A DNA stretch of 64,000 nt from Eledone cirrhosa (Eukaryota). Positions 11,967 to 23,659 of this stretch are shown here, piece by piece. Below the pieces are notes generated by a model. It was not told where the DNA came from, searched no databases, and saw only the letters and a list, made by a program, of their open reading frames with translations. The stretch covers positions 101,742,001-101,806,000 of the forward strand of contig OZ024742.1 of the NCBI GenBank assembly GCA_964016885.1, written 5' to 3'. Numbering within the stretch: the stretch's first letter is position 1; each line of letters starts with the position of its first letter. Both the position numbers and the translations under genes were made by a program.

Positions 11967-12057
11967 ATATCAGATCTTTCAGACGCCATCTACCAATGAA
12001 ACAAGCAAACAGCCTGATGTGAGAAAATCCAAATCCACAAGAAAAACGATGAAATGA
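11967..12057 (+). CDS. MDC1: MDC1-like terminal coding exon (KYQIFQTPSTNETSKQPDVRKSKSTRKTMK*)
   Basis: Follows the U12 branch point and AC; open to TGA at 12055-12057; candidate AATAAA at 12246-12251. Confidence 0.75.
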
Positions 12058-13547
12058 TACATGGACTTTTAAAAGAGAAAGAAGAAGAAATACCAAACTT
12101 TCTACATGTCAGCAACTTTACTTAATTACAAACATTCCTGACATATATTTCATGTCTATTTTCTGTTCTCTCTGAAATAATCTCATTCTACTGACAACCG
12201 AGTTCATTTGCTGATAAAACTATCTTACAATTTGATAGCTAAGATAATAAACTCATATTTTAAGGTTTCATATAGCCAGCGTTATTAAGATGGCTGTATG
12301 AAACCTTCCATCCTATGTACGATTAAACACAATCTCACACACATCTCTTCATATAATGTTTCCAATATTCCATATCTCATGTCAAAATAATAATCATACT
12401 GTTCTTTGAATGTTTTTTATTAAAGAAGCAAGCATGCTTTAATGGAGGTGGGATGTTAATGTGTGTGAACAACAAAATATCAATGATCTGTGAGAAAAAC
12501 TGGGTATAAGGGGAATCAAATGTAGTGTGCAAGAGAGACTTTGCTGGTATGAATATGTGATGCATATGGATGATGATCATTGAGTGAAGAAGTGCTAAGA
12601 AATCCCAGTGGAAGGAAGCTGCAGTAGAGGAAGACCTGGATGGAGTTGGTGACTGCAAATCTCAAATCGCTGAACCTCACAGAGCAGATGATGAAGGGAC
12701 ACAGCAAGTGAAGGGAAGCTGTGCTGGAAAAAATCCATCCAACCCATGCAAGTATGGAAAACACGCATAAATATTGATATTTCTAAATCAATTTATGAAC
12801 TGCAATTGGCTGTGACCTTCAAAATACACTTTTTGTTATTGTTTTTATCCAAGTTAGGAGTCGGGATAAACATTGTTTTGATATATTATTTGATGTATTT
12901 TTAAATTTCATTTGTTGAACTTGACAGTATTTCAGAACAGTTAATATTTCTTTGAAAATTGTCATCATCGTTAATGTTGTAAGGGTGGTGGATTGGCAGA
13001 GTCGTAACATCATCATACAAAATGTTGTGTGGCATTTGTTCAGCTTTTTTCCTTTCTGTGTTAAAACCCCACCAAGATCAACTTAGATTTTTCTAGAGTT
13101 GATTTAATCCACATCTTTCCTACCCTCAAAATTGCTAGCCTTTTGCCTAAATTAGAAACAATTATTGAGGTTGTTTCTATTAATCATTTATACTGGGGTC
13201 ACTTAAATAAACACTTGAATTTTCCTGCCTTGTACTAAAATTATGGTTAATTATTTAGAACACTGGCCAAATAGCTTCTAGAGCCTCCCCCCCCCCCCAC
13301 ACACACACACAAACATCAGATCCAATGTTCCTAGGAAAATTTTTGATTGATGTACTTTGCTTATTAGAGAAATTAATATTTGTTAATATACACACACACA
13401 CACACATATAGAATATGTGTATATATGATATACACAAGAAGTTTAAAGAACTACTACTGTTGACAACGAAAGGACAGCTGTAATGACGCCTGTGCGGAGT
13501 GCAGTGTTGCATGGGCTGTGACTACAGAGGATGTGTAAACAGGCCCT

Positions 13548-13700
13548 GGCAAGGCTGTGTGGTTACAGAGTTTTCTTTTCAACCAGTTAGTTCTGGATTT
13601 AGTCCCACTGTGCAGTGTCATATACTATATCATGGGGATGACTAATGCCTTGTGAGTGGATTTTGGTAGACTGAAACAGCAGGAGCCCATTGTATGTGTG
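13548..13700 (+). mobile_element. tRNA-derived SINE family C; other copies ~26760-26910(-), ~27040-27205(-), ~35660-35780(-)
   Basis: A/B-box-like head (TGTGGT...GGTTCAGTCCCACTG) followed by a shared CCTTGTGAGTGGATTTGGTAGAC-GAAAC-like body. Confidence 0.55.
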
Positions 13701-14269
13701 TAAATATATATATATATATATATATGCATATGTGTGTCTGTTTGACAAAAAAAAAGGGGATCAATAAATTAATAAAATGCGTCTTGAAAACGTAAGTACT
13801 AGGAGTTGATATGATCAACTATATCAAGGCAGTGAGAATTGACCCTTAGGTATTTTTTTAATCGTCCTAGACAGGATTTGAATTTAGAGAGAAGAGAGCT
13901 GGAATGAATACATCAAAGCATTCTATCCATTGCCAATTTGCTGGTCAGGTGTATGACAGATACTAAATTGCACTGGGAATATTTAACTTTAATAATATCA
14001 CAATTCATTTCTCAATTAGTTACATGAGTTGTGAGTAGTAGGTTATATAAGGAGCCAAGGATACTGTAAAGGGAGACAAATCATATAAGAAAAATGTTAT
14101 AACTAAAATGATTTTGTGTCATATATGTATATTCAGAAAATAAAATTTACACTCTTACATGTGCTCATTCGATTAATTTCTGAATGTTTTAAACACCTAT
14201 TCTTTATATATATAAATCTTTCTTATGCTTGCTTTACGCCCAATATTTGATATGAGGTTTATTCTTATT

Positions 14270-15885
14270 CATCATCATCGTTTAACGTCCATCTTCCACG
14301 CTTGGATGGGAGTTTTCCCACTTGAGGCAAGATTTGTTGTCCTGCTCGTATAGGACTGTCTGGCGGGTTTTCTACGGCTGGATGCCCTTCCTAACACCAA
14401 CCACGTTTACAGTGTGGACTGGGAGGTTTTTACCATGTTACCTACACGGCCACATTACAGCGTGGACTGTGTGTTTTTTTTTTGTCGTGACACCTACACG
14501 ACCTCATTTGTTTCGGACTGGATGTTGTGGTACCAACATAGCTTCACATTTAAGGGGGTGGGGGTAGTGGACGGGGGTGTATTTTGTTAGAGGTGCCTAC
14601 TGACTGTAGGTTTCGCTTTGTACGTAGGCAAGGTGGGTCTTCTGTATGACTAGCGCCAAAGGTCTCGGTCTAGTGACATTGTCTTGCAGATGTGTAAGTG
14701 TGTGAGGTCGGAATTTATCAAGTCGTCCCAGGTTTTTCTGGGTCTGCCTACTCCGTGGCTACCGTCTATTTTTATCGCCCTGCACTTTTTTATACAGCTG
14801 TTGTCTTTCATGCGCATCACGTGACCGTACCAACGTAGTCTTCTCTCGAGTAAACAACATCTGATCCCTCTTATTCCTAATTTCTCCTTTAGTTCGTTTA
14901 TGCTTTGCCGTTCACGTATATTACTATTACACATCCAGCGGAGCATGCAAACTTCGTTCCTCTCCAGTCTGCGTATATCCTCTGCACACAATGCCCATGT
15001 CTCACTGCCATGTAACATTGCTGTTCGTATGCAGGCATCATACAGCCTGCCTTTCATTTTTAGAGAGAACCTTTTAGCGGCCAATAGTGGTATAAGCTCT
15101 GACTCTAGCTACTGTACTTTCAGAGCACCCTCCCCACTGCTGATTTTGTCACTCAGGTAACAGAAGGTGTCCACTATTTCTATAGAACCATCTGTGCAAT
15201 GGAATGAGCTAGTATTTTGTGGGCACTTGCTGCTACTTATTGCACCGGAGCACCGGCCACATATAAAATCTATATTCTTAGTTAGCTTACCTGTGATCCC
15301 ACTACATCTTTTATGCACCCATACTTTGCATTTGGGACATAAAATGGAGTTTCTGCCTACTCCTTTCCTACACACTGAGCATGGCCATTTCCCGGATGGG
15401 ACCGGTGCCCTATTTTCCTTCCTACAAACTAGAACTTTAGTCTTAGACAAGTTAACTTTAAGGCCTTTTGATTCTAGGCCATGCTTCCATGTTTGGAATT
15501 TCTTCTCTAGTTCAGCCATTGATTCAGCTATGAGCGTTAGATCATCTGCATATAGGAGTTCCCATGGGCAGCCGGTCTTGAACTCCTCTGTTATAGCCTG
15601 AAGAGCAATAATAAATAGGAGGGGGCTAAGGACGGAGCCCTGATGAACACCAACTTTTACACTAAACTCTTCACTATATTCGTTGTTAATTCTAACCTTG
15701 CTGACTGTTTCTTTATACATGGCTTGTATAGCTCTCACAAGCCATTCATCAACACCTAGTTTTCTAAGCGCCCACCAGATAATGGAGCGGGGGACTCTGT
15801 CAAAGGCATTCTCCAAGTCAACAAAAGCTAAGTATAGGGGGTTTACTTTTAGCTAGGTACTTCTCCCGTAGTTGTCGTACAATGA
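14270..15885 (-). mobile_element. 5'-truncated RTE-clade LINE (RT with YADD, PHD-like finger, C-terminal region, 3'UTR, (GAT)n tail)
   Basis: ORFs 15109-15816 (AFDRV, GVHQGSVLSPLLF, LLYADD) and 14650-15084 (LHGSETW, RLRWYGHV, GRPRKTW); disrupted by a frameshift or deletion. Confidence 0.95.
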
Positions 15886-16084
15886 AAATTTGGTAAACTT
15901 TGTTCCTTCTCACATTTCCCGAAGAAATCCAGTTATATGTATTATGTATTGTGTTAATGATAGCTAATTAATTATTTCTGATTGTATGTACTATTGTAAC
16001 CTATGTTGAAATAGACGTAGAAATTAAAGAATGGATTTAAGTGGTTAACTTCGATTTTTTTTATATATATATATATATATATAT

Positions 16085-17145
16085 TTAGTGAGGAATTCAA
16101 GGTACAGCTAGGAGTTCATCAAGGTTCAGTTCTTAGGCCACTGCTGTTCATCATAGTTTTCCAGGCCATAACAGAGGAGTTTAAAATGGGCTGTCCATGG
16201 AAACCTCTCTATGCAGATGATTTGGTTCTTATAACTAAAACCCAAAAAGAACTAGAAAATAAATTCTGATTATGGAAACTGAATTTGGAATCAATAAGTA
16301 AACTTAGCCAAAACTAAAGTGCTAGTGAGTAGGAAAGAAAATAGATCCCAGGTTCCTTCAGGGAAGTAACCCTGCTTAATATGTAGAAAAGGAGTTGGCA
16401 TAATCACCATACAATGTACACAATGTAAATCTTGGGTACACAAAAGATGTAGTGGGAATAACGAGTAGATTAACAGGAAGGGAGAACTTTGCATGTAGAA
16501 GATGCACTGGAATAATCGAGAGGAAGAGTGCCAATGATATAAACCTTTTCCCGTCACAGGAAGTATCCATAGACATTTTTGATAGCTTCTGCTATCTAGG
16601 TAATTTAGTTAGCAGCGAAGGAGGGTGTCCAAGAGTATAATAGCTAGAATAAGGATAGGATGGAAAAAGTTTAGAGAACTACTCACACTGCTGACAACAA
16701 AAACTTTCTCCCTATGTACAAAAGGACAGCGGTATGATGCCTGTGCGTGGAGTGCGATGCTGCATGGTAGTGAAACATGGGTTGTGTCTGCAGACAGCGT
16801 GTGTAAACAGGATAGAAATGAAGCAACCATGCTCAGTTGGATTTTCAATGTAAGTTAAAGGCAAAGCTGGGTTTAAGAGGAATCCATGATGGTGTGCAGG
16901 AGAGAAGACTGCATTAGTATGGACATGTGATACGCAATGTTAATGACTGATGGGTGAATAAATGCCAGTAGAAGGAAGCTGCAGTAAAGGACGACCAAGA
17001 AAGACCTGGGCGTATGTGAGAGCTGACCTCAAATCTCTAAAACTGGCAGAATAGATGACGAAGGAACACACGTGGAGAGATGACATGCTGAGAAGGACCC
17101 GTACAATTCATGAAGACTGGAAAAACGGACGTAAAAACGATGATG
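16085..17145 (+). mobile_element. Older, degenerate RTE LINE fragment
   Basis: GVHQGSVL, LYADD, Cys-rich finger, HGSETW and GRPRKTW motifs with many stops; ends GACGTAAAAACGATGATG. Confidence 0.9.
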
Positions 17146-17837
17146 GTATCTATATACCAATATTGAGCTCTGCCTATGTTGTGGACAGCCAGGATCAACA
17201 CATATATACATATTTATGTGTCTGTGACAGTTACTTTGAAGTTTCAGCTTGGTTGCTTCATTTGTCAACCAAACTGAAACTTCGAAGTCACTGCAAATTT
17301 CTAGACCCTGCGCAACAGTATTGAGTGTTCATTCAATTAATGTTTTAATGTTTTAAATACTACAGTATTTTAAAGATTCAAAAAGAAACAGATCTACATG
17401 AGCAAGTCAGAGTTATCTGACTTGACTTGTCTAATAACGTGGCAATCTGTCTAACCCAAGCAAGTGTGGAAAATAGACAAATGATGATCATATGCATGGT
17501 TCCATAAATTAATTTCCAATTTGCCAAAAAGTAATACATTTTAGAGGGAAAGGTTTAGTCAATTTAACGAACCTCATTACATAAAACTAAATTTACAGAT
17601 CCCCAACTCAAAAAGATGACGGACAAAGTTGACTTTAACAGAAACTGAACCCTCAATGCAAATAAACACAACTAGGTACCACAAAACTTTCAATACAGTT
17701 TTCCTATTCCACCAAATGATAAATTAATTCCATCACTTGTAGGGAAAATAGTTCTAACAAACAGATTATTCTTTCAACAATTTACACAATTTTAATGTCA
17801 GCAAAACATTTGTTAAAACATTTTAGTTATTTTAAAT

Positions 17838-18005
17838 CAGGGTTTCCCAAACTTTTTCAAACGCGGAACCCTTTTTTGGTTCAGAAACGTTTGGGGGGAA
17901 CCCCAAAGTCTAATACTGTTATATGGTCGTAATATAAATATACTCCTCTACCTTTGTCACAGAACCTCAGACACTTCTTTGTGTAACCCACTTTGGGAAC
18001 CACTG
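17838..18005. mobile_element. hAT (Charlie-like) MITE
   Basis: TIRs CAGGGTTTCCCAAA / TTTGGGAACCACTG; 8-bp TSD TTTTAAAT / TTCTAAAT. Confidence 0.8.
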
Positions 18006-18590
18006 TTCTAAATAAATGAAATTTCAGACAAATTTTATATACATAAATTATTTACAGTTACTTTAAATAGATGAAATTTAGACAAATATTTATATACATA
18101 AACTATTTACTGTTATCTTAAATAGATGAAATTTAGAAAACTTTATATAATATACATAACTTATAGTTATTCTAAATAATTGATGTCATGTCCTTCCCAT
18201 GCTAGCGTGGAAGATGGGTGTTAAACGATGATGATGATGATTAAGTGAAATTTCAGACAAACATTTATATGCATGTCAATATAATTTTAAGTGGTTATGC
18301 AAATGACAATTAATTTTGTTATATGTGCGACCTGTTCTCTGGACTTTTCCAGTCATGTTAGAGCATATATGAAATTGTGACTAAACACATTGTTAGTCCC
18401 AGGCTAACCTTGATTGAGCAGATCTGCTTGATCACAGGTGAAGCAAATATGTGAAAATGCAGTCAATATGTCTAGTTAAAGGTGTAAAATATATTTGACC
18501 TTCACAGTTGACTGGTTAACAATAGGAATAATCATTCATCTGTAACTAAATAATAGCTTCAACAATGTATAGCTATTTCTTTACATTTAA

Positions 18591-19082
18591 CCCTTCCGTG
18601 AATATATTTCTAATAAAATAACCCTATTTTTCTTAATTAATGAAGAATTTGGAAGAATTTAATACAATTATTGTGTGGCAAATTTGCAGAGTTGTTAGAA
18701 TGTTTTGGAGTGTTCATTCTGACTCTGTGCTCTGAGTTCAATTTTGCCTTTCATCCTATTGAAATCGATAAAAAAGGTATCAGTCCAGTACTGGAATCAT
18801 TTTTTCCTCTATATCTCTTTCTCTCCCTCTTCTTTAGAAGAAATCAGTTGTGTTCTGTCTTAGAGGGCAGATGGATTCCACCATGTTTAAAGTACCCAAG
18901 ACACACCTATGACTTCATAATGAGTTAGTAGTCTATACAGCCATATTACAATTATTGTTTCATTATTAAGATGGCATTTATAACATAACAAAATGTTATA
19001 TCAAATTATGCTGGAAGATTTTAAATGAGTGGTTTTGTTTCCTAGAACCAGATGTTTTGGACTAGGGCTGATATCAAAAGGG
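18591..19082. mobile_element. piggyBac-like non-autonomous element; degenerate relatives near 4120-4360, 20310-20730, 48840-49540 and 63960
   Basis: TTAA|CCCT ... AGGG|TTAA termini. Confidence 0.65.
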
Positions 19083-20439
19083 TTAACAAAAGTGAAAACA
19101 TATTTTTAAGCTAATCTTTATAGTAGCTAAAGTGGTCAAAAGGAAACACTTGTTATAAACATGATCTCTTTACCAGCTGCAAATAACAGCCAATCTTCCC
19201 TCAAGTTACATCCTTACTTTCTTAAAAAAAAGGAAGAACAAACTGGGTAATGTAAACCTAGATACACTGGGGTGGAAAAAATAGGTAGGATCATCATGGC
19301 TAAAGCATCATTTATTGTAGGTTTGCTGAACTAAGGCTAAAACTGAAATGTATGGAAGACTTGTAGTTGTCAAGTTGAAATAGAACATTGTTGAGTGCAC
19401 TTGGGCACTCTACACAATAATATTATTATTATTATTTAAAAATCATTCAAATCTACAATATTGACAAAATGTTTGAGATGAGCTTAAGTCTAACAATTTA
19501 TAACCAATTCACCTTCTTTGTCCAACTAATATCTACATGGAAAACTTGATCCCCCACCACATGACAAGCAACATGTAGCTGCTTTCTCCTTGATTCACTG
19601 TCCCCACCCCATCCCATCCAGGCAAAAAACACAATAAGCACCCAAATGGTGCAATGAAGTTGTGTTGGTACTATGATAGAATACATCAGAGCCCACTGTG
19701 GGGGTGTCATGCTGGTGCCACAAAAAAATACACCCAGTTGACACTGTAAAGTGATATAGTTAATGCCTAGATAAAATGCTCCCAGTCCATACAGTAAAGT
19801 GATACAGTTGATGCCACAATAAAATACTTCCAGTCCATACTGTAAAATGATAAAATGCTCCCGGTCCACACTGTAGTAATATAGTTGGTACCACGATAAA
19901 ATGCTCTCAGTTCATACTTGAGTGGTTGACATTAGGAAGTGCATCTGGCTATAGAAACTATGCTAAAAATGGAATGTAGGAGCTAGACATGGTCACCTGA
20001 CTGATCTAGCGTCAACATGACAACCTGTCCAATTCATGCATGGAAAATAGGCATTAAACAGTGATGGTGTAGGCTAGGGTTCTCAGTGGATATGACATAT
20101 TACCAAGGTTACTCAATGTGCTAAAAATAGCAAACAAATTTTCTTAAAATCAGACCCTACTGTCTTAATAAAAGGAAGGACACATTGTATCATGTAGTTT
20201 GAGATATATGATAGGATAGCAACAGCAGGAATGCCTTTGATCACAAATCTGCTCAATCACAGCTGACCTGGGTGCTATACAACAATCTCCAACAAAGCTC
20301 AACTGATATCAACCCTTTTGATATTGAATCACCCCTGGTTCTATAATACAGAACTGTCTGTTTTAAAGTGTTTGCTTATATTTATCTAAAAAGCTTCCAT
20401 CAAAATGTTTTGTTGGATTATGTTCAGACATCAGCTTAA

Positions 20440-20636
20440 CGCTTTAGTATTCACATTATTTTATATATACTATTATATTTTCATGGTAAAGGCTTTATCT
20501 CACATAATATCGAATCTATGAGATTTTGAAAGTATTTATTTTGAGAACAATACCTTAACATCAGTTTGAGCGACCAGTTACAGCCAGTTTCAACAGAAAG
20601 TGGTAGAGAATTCTGGCCGGTTTGAACACTAAAGGG
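20440..20636. mobile_element. Second piggyBac-like MITE nested at a TTAA inside the first family; related copy near 52600-52770
   Basis: TTAA|CGCTTTAGT ... ACTAAAGGG|TTAA interrupts the host consensus CAGCTTAA-TAATGAGAAA. Confidence 0.6.
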
Positions 20637-20882
20637 TTAATAATGAGAAAGATAGTTTACTAAATCCTCCCAAATTATTTGAAAATCATATGCAGTAACT
20701 TTCATTAGAAACATAGTAATGAAATGGTTAAATCAATCACAATGATGAAAATTTACATCTAAACATATAACATTCATTTATTTCAATAATCTTATAATTA
20801 ATTAAAAAAATACATTATCTAGTCAAGAATCAATTATGTTCCTATAAGTGGATCAGTCTGTTGTTGGGGTGCCACATTAGAC

Positions 20883-21190
20883 CAGCGTTTCTCAACCTTT
20901 TTACCCTTGTGGAACTTTTGAAATAGTTTTCCGGTCTAAGGGAACCCCTGCATAAAACTTAATAAAGGGTAACAACCTAGTTTTAAATAATATAAGAGGT
21001 TGAAGCCTTTATTATAATAACCAAGCATTTTCCAACAATATGCCATGTGTGTATCGTAAAATAATGAATACAAAATTAAACAAAAATTACTTAAAAATAC
21101 ATTAGCTTATTTATCACTGTTTCTTGTGAAACCCCTAGCAACCTCATATGGAATCCTATGGTTCCAGGGAACACCAGTTGAGAAATGCTG
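20883..21190. mobile_element. hAT (Charlie-like) MITE
   Basis: TIRs CAGCGTTTCTCAAC / GTTGAGAAATGCTG; 8-bp TSD CATTAGAC / CTTTAGAC. Confidence 0.82.
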
Positions 21191-22257
21191 CTTTAGACCT
21201 TTGACTGTCTATCATGGCATTGCTTATAAATGCTTCAAGTCAAATATAGTTATATTTGTATTTTAAATATTGAAATTTACAAGATCTATTTAGGTGTTTC
21301 ATGTCTATCAAATATTGTCCCTTTAATCCTTTTGCTACCAGCCCAACCAAAATCAGCTCTGGTTCTATGAAATAAAGCTACCAATTTAAATTAAAATCTT
21401 CCTACAGAATCTTATATAAGAACCTTACTTTAAGTTACTTAGTAATGAAATAATAATTTTAGTAAAGCCCTCAAAATTCTTCATTAATTAATTGAAGAAG
21501 CTGCTTGGGAAATCAAATCAGTGTCAATACTGTGATCTATTCAAAGTGAACACAGACTTATTATAATGGAGATGTGTTGTGGGTTTCCATTTTGAAGTGA
21601 TATACCAATTTCTCCATACAAACCTGGTCACTGCTACTTGTGATGCAGAGGAGCAAAGATTTCCAAACATTATGATTTGGTCGATTTCTTCCTTTTTTGT
21701 GTCACTCATTACTGAAACCTCTGGTATCACTGGGTTTCTGAACTGCCGTTTTCTTCTGTAAAATTGGGAGGACTGTATCCCACCTGAGGAAGGAGCCCTG
21801 TGGAGTGAGGTGGCTAATGCAACAGATGTTGCTGGCTATTTTTAGCAGTCATGCTTTTGTCATTTTGTTTGCAGGGGCACAGCTAAAATATACCGCCTAG
21901 TCTTGGATGTAGAGTCTACATCCTTCAAACTTAGGGTAAACTAAAACTAAATAGACATCTAACTCCGACTAGCAATGTTGTTGTCTGTAGATATTCAAAC
22001 CCAGTCAAATGATCCGGATTATTAACCCTAAATAATTGTTATATTTAGACATAATGCAGAAGGATTTGAGATGTAGTTTATATAATAGTAAGAAGTATTT
22101 AGTAAACAAATAAAGATAGTTGTTGGATGTTGTTAGCTGTCCATGGTTGATATATTTTTGAAAATAGACAGAAGAAAGTCCTTAATTAAAGAGATGTCAT
22201 CACGAAATAAAATTAGTTTTATACATTCAAATTAACAAATAAATTTAAACAAATGTA

Positions 22258-22438
22258 CTTTTGGCACAAGGCCAGCAATTATTCCAGTGCATAACTGGTA
22301 CTTTATTTTATCGACCCCGTAAGGATGAAAGGCAAAGTTAACCTCGGCGGGATTTGAACTCAGAATAGCAAGGGCCGTAACTCTATGCGTCAAAGCATGG
22401 CGTCAGACCCTCTACTGATACTGCCAATCCACCACCCT
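22258..22438 (-). mobile_element. tRNA-derived SINE family A; further copies ~24905-25150(-), 29988-30228(-), 35073-35290(+), 38945-39122(+), 43328-43515(-), 52445-52830(+), 61745-61960(+)
   Basis: Head GGATTGGCAGTATCGGTAGAG...GAGTTCAAATCCC; central GAGGTTAACTTTGCCTTTCATCCTTACGGGGTCGATAAAATAAAGTACCAG (resembles the Meta-type SINE domain, from recall); tail GCTGGCCTTGTGCCAAAAGTAGAAACAATTATT. Confidence 0.85.
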
Positions 22439-22726
22439 CTGCAGAAGAAATAATGACGAATACTGAGATCACTAATTCCATCTGACAAAATAAATAAATC
22501 ATACAATCACATATAAAAAAAAAACATGAGCTGGAACAACGATTGCTGCTGGAATGTGTCACTGATTGGTTATTGATGAAGTGTGATATTGGTCATATCG
22601 TTTGCGCTCGTTTATATCAAATAACTTTCCGTAAAGAACAGATTAATATTTTTCAAAGGAAAGTTATTTTTACATTTCTTTTTCAAGTTTTCAAAATAGC
22701 AATACCCCTCTCTGTGTGTATGCATA

Positions 22727-22762
<36 letters not shown>

Positions 22763-22914
22763 TGTATAGTGATCATATCTCTTCAGTAACAACAGTAATC
22801 TTGGTTTACCGTCTAGGTATATGCCCGGTATATGAAATTACCAGGACGTAGTAATTGCAAGACAGCAAGGCCGAAAATGAGGTGAAGACATTATCTAAAG
22901 ACACGAAAACATCA

Positions 22915-23382
22915 CTAGAGTCTTTGAATGTGGATTTGGAATTTGCAAGATGGCATAACTGTAACTTCAGCTGTAACTACACAGTTGATTCCCAAGTTGG
23001 AGAGAGCACCACGTATTATGCCACAAGACATGGCTAAATATTTTGGGGCGTTTTCAAGGTACTGCTTTCCCGAAGATAACTGCATGAGAAAACGAAAACG
23101 GTTATCAAGTAATACATACACTCCCATATGATTGGTACGTAGGTTATCCACTTGCTTTTTATATACAGCCATCCAAAAGTCTTTACAAATAAATTTCATT
23201 GTATCTAATTCGTCCTTATATCGGGGCCAGTCGCGAGTAAAGCGCTCCACTAGCGATTGTCCCACACGGAAACCTAACGATTCTAGATGCGATATACAGT
23301 TTTCTTTTTCGTCTTTTGTCGCCGTTCTGTAAACATAGTTCACTATTTCCATATGTAAAAATTCAAACATAACTTCATCCAT
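22915..23382 (-). CDS. TRAPPC6B: Trafficking protein particle complex subunit 6 (TRAPPC6B/Trs33-like), single exon
   Basis: 155-aa intact ORF with the Bet3-family TRAPPC6 motifs LESLGFRVGQSLVERFT, ELDTMKFICKDFW, KQVDNLRTNHMGVYVL and CGIIRGALSNLG. Confidence 0.95.
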   Translation of the reverse strand: MDEVMFEFLHMEIVNYVYRTATKDEKENCISHLESLGFRVGQSLVERFTRDWPRYKDELDTMKFICKDFWMAVYKKQVDNLRTNHMGVYVLLDNRFRFLMQLSSGKQYLENAPKYLAMSCGIIRGALSNLGINCVVTAEVTVMPSCKFQIHIQRL

Positions 23383-23467
23383 GATTTTTACTTATAATAT
23401 TAAGAAAACTTCACTAGAAAATAAGAACACACAGACAAATCAGATTGTTGTTATGAAGAGCTCTTCA

Positions 23468-23474
23468 CCGGAAG
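23468..23474. promoter_or_regulatory. CCGGAAG ETS-type motif ~90 bp upstream of the TRAPPC6 ATG
   Basis: Motif seen directly; its position is typical of housekeeping promoters (inference). Confidence 0.35.
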
Positions 23475-23659
23475 GCGACAACAGTTATCTACCGTTAACT
23501 AACCACTTCTGTAGCAGCATAACTTTATAGTATTTCTTTGATCTCAAAATTAGTTGTTCATTTTATAAGGAAGAAACGAAATAGGTTTAGTGTGTATGTA
23601 GTATGTAAGTATATATACATAAAGAATAATGTTATACACACTGAAACAAAAAATTCCTA

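Noticed and set aside
21524-21840. ~100-codon open stretch on the minus strand downstream of TRAPPC6
   Set aside because: No recognisable homology or partner exons; may be 3'UTR or intergenic.
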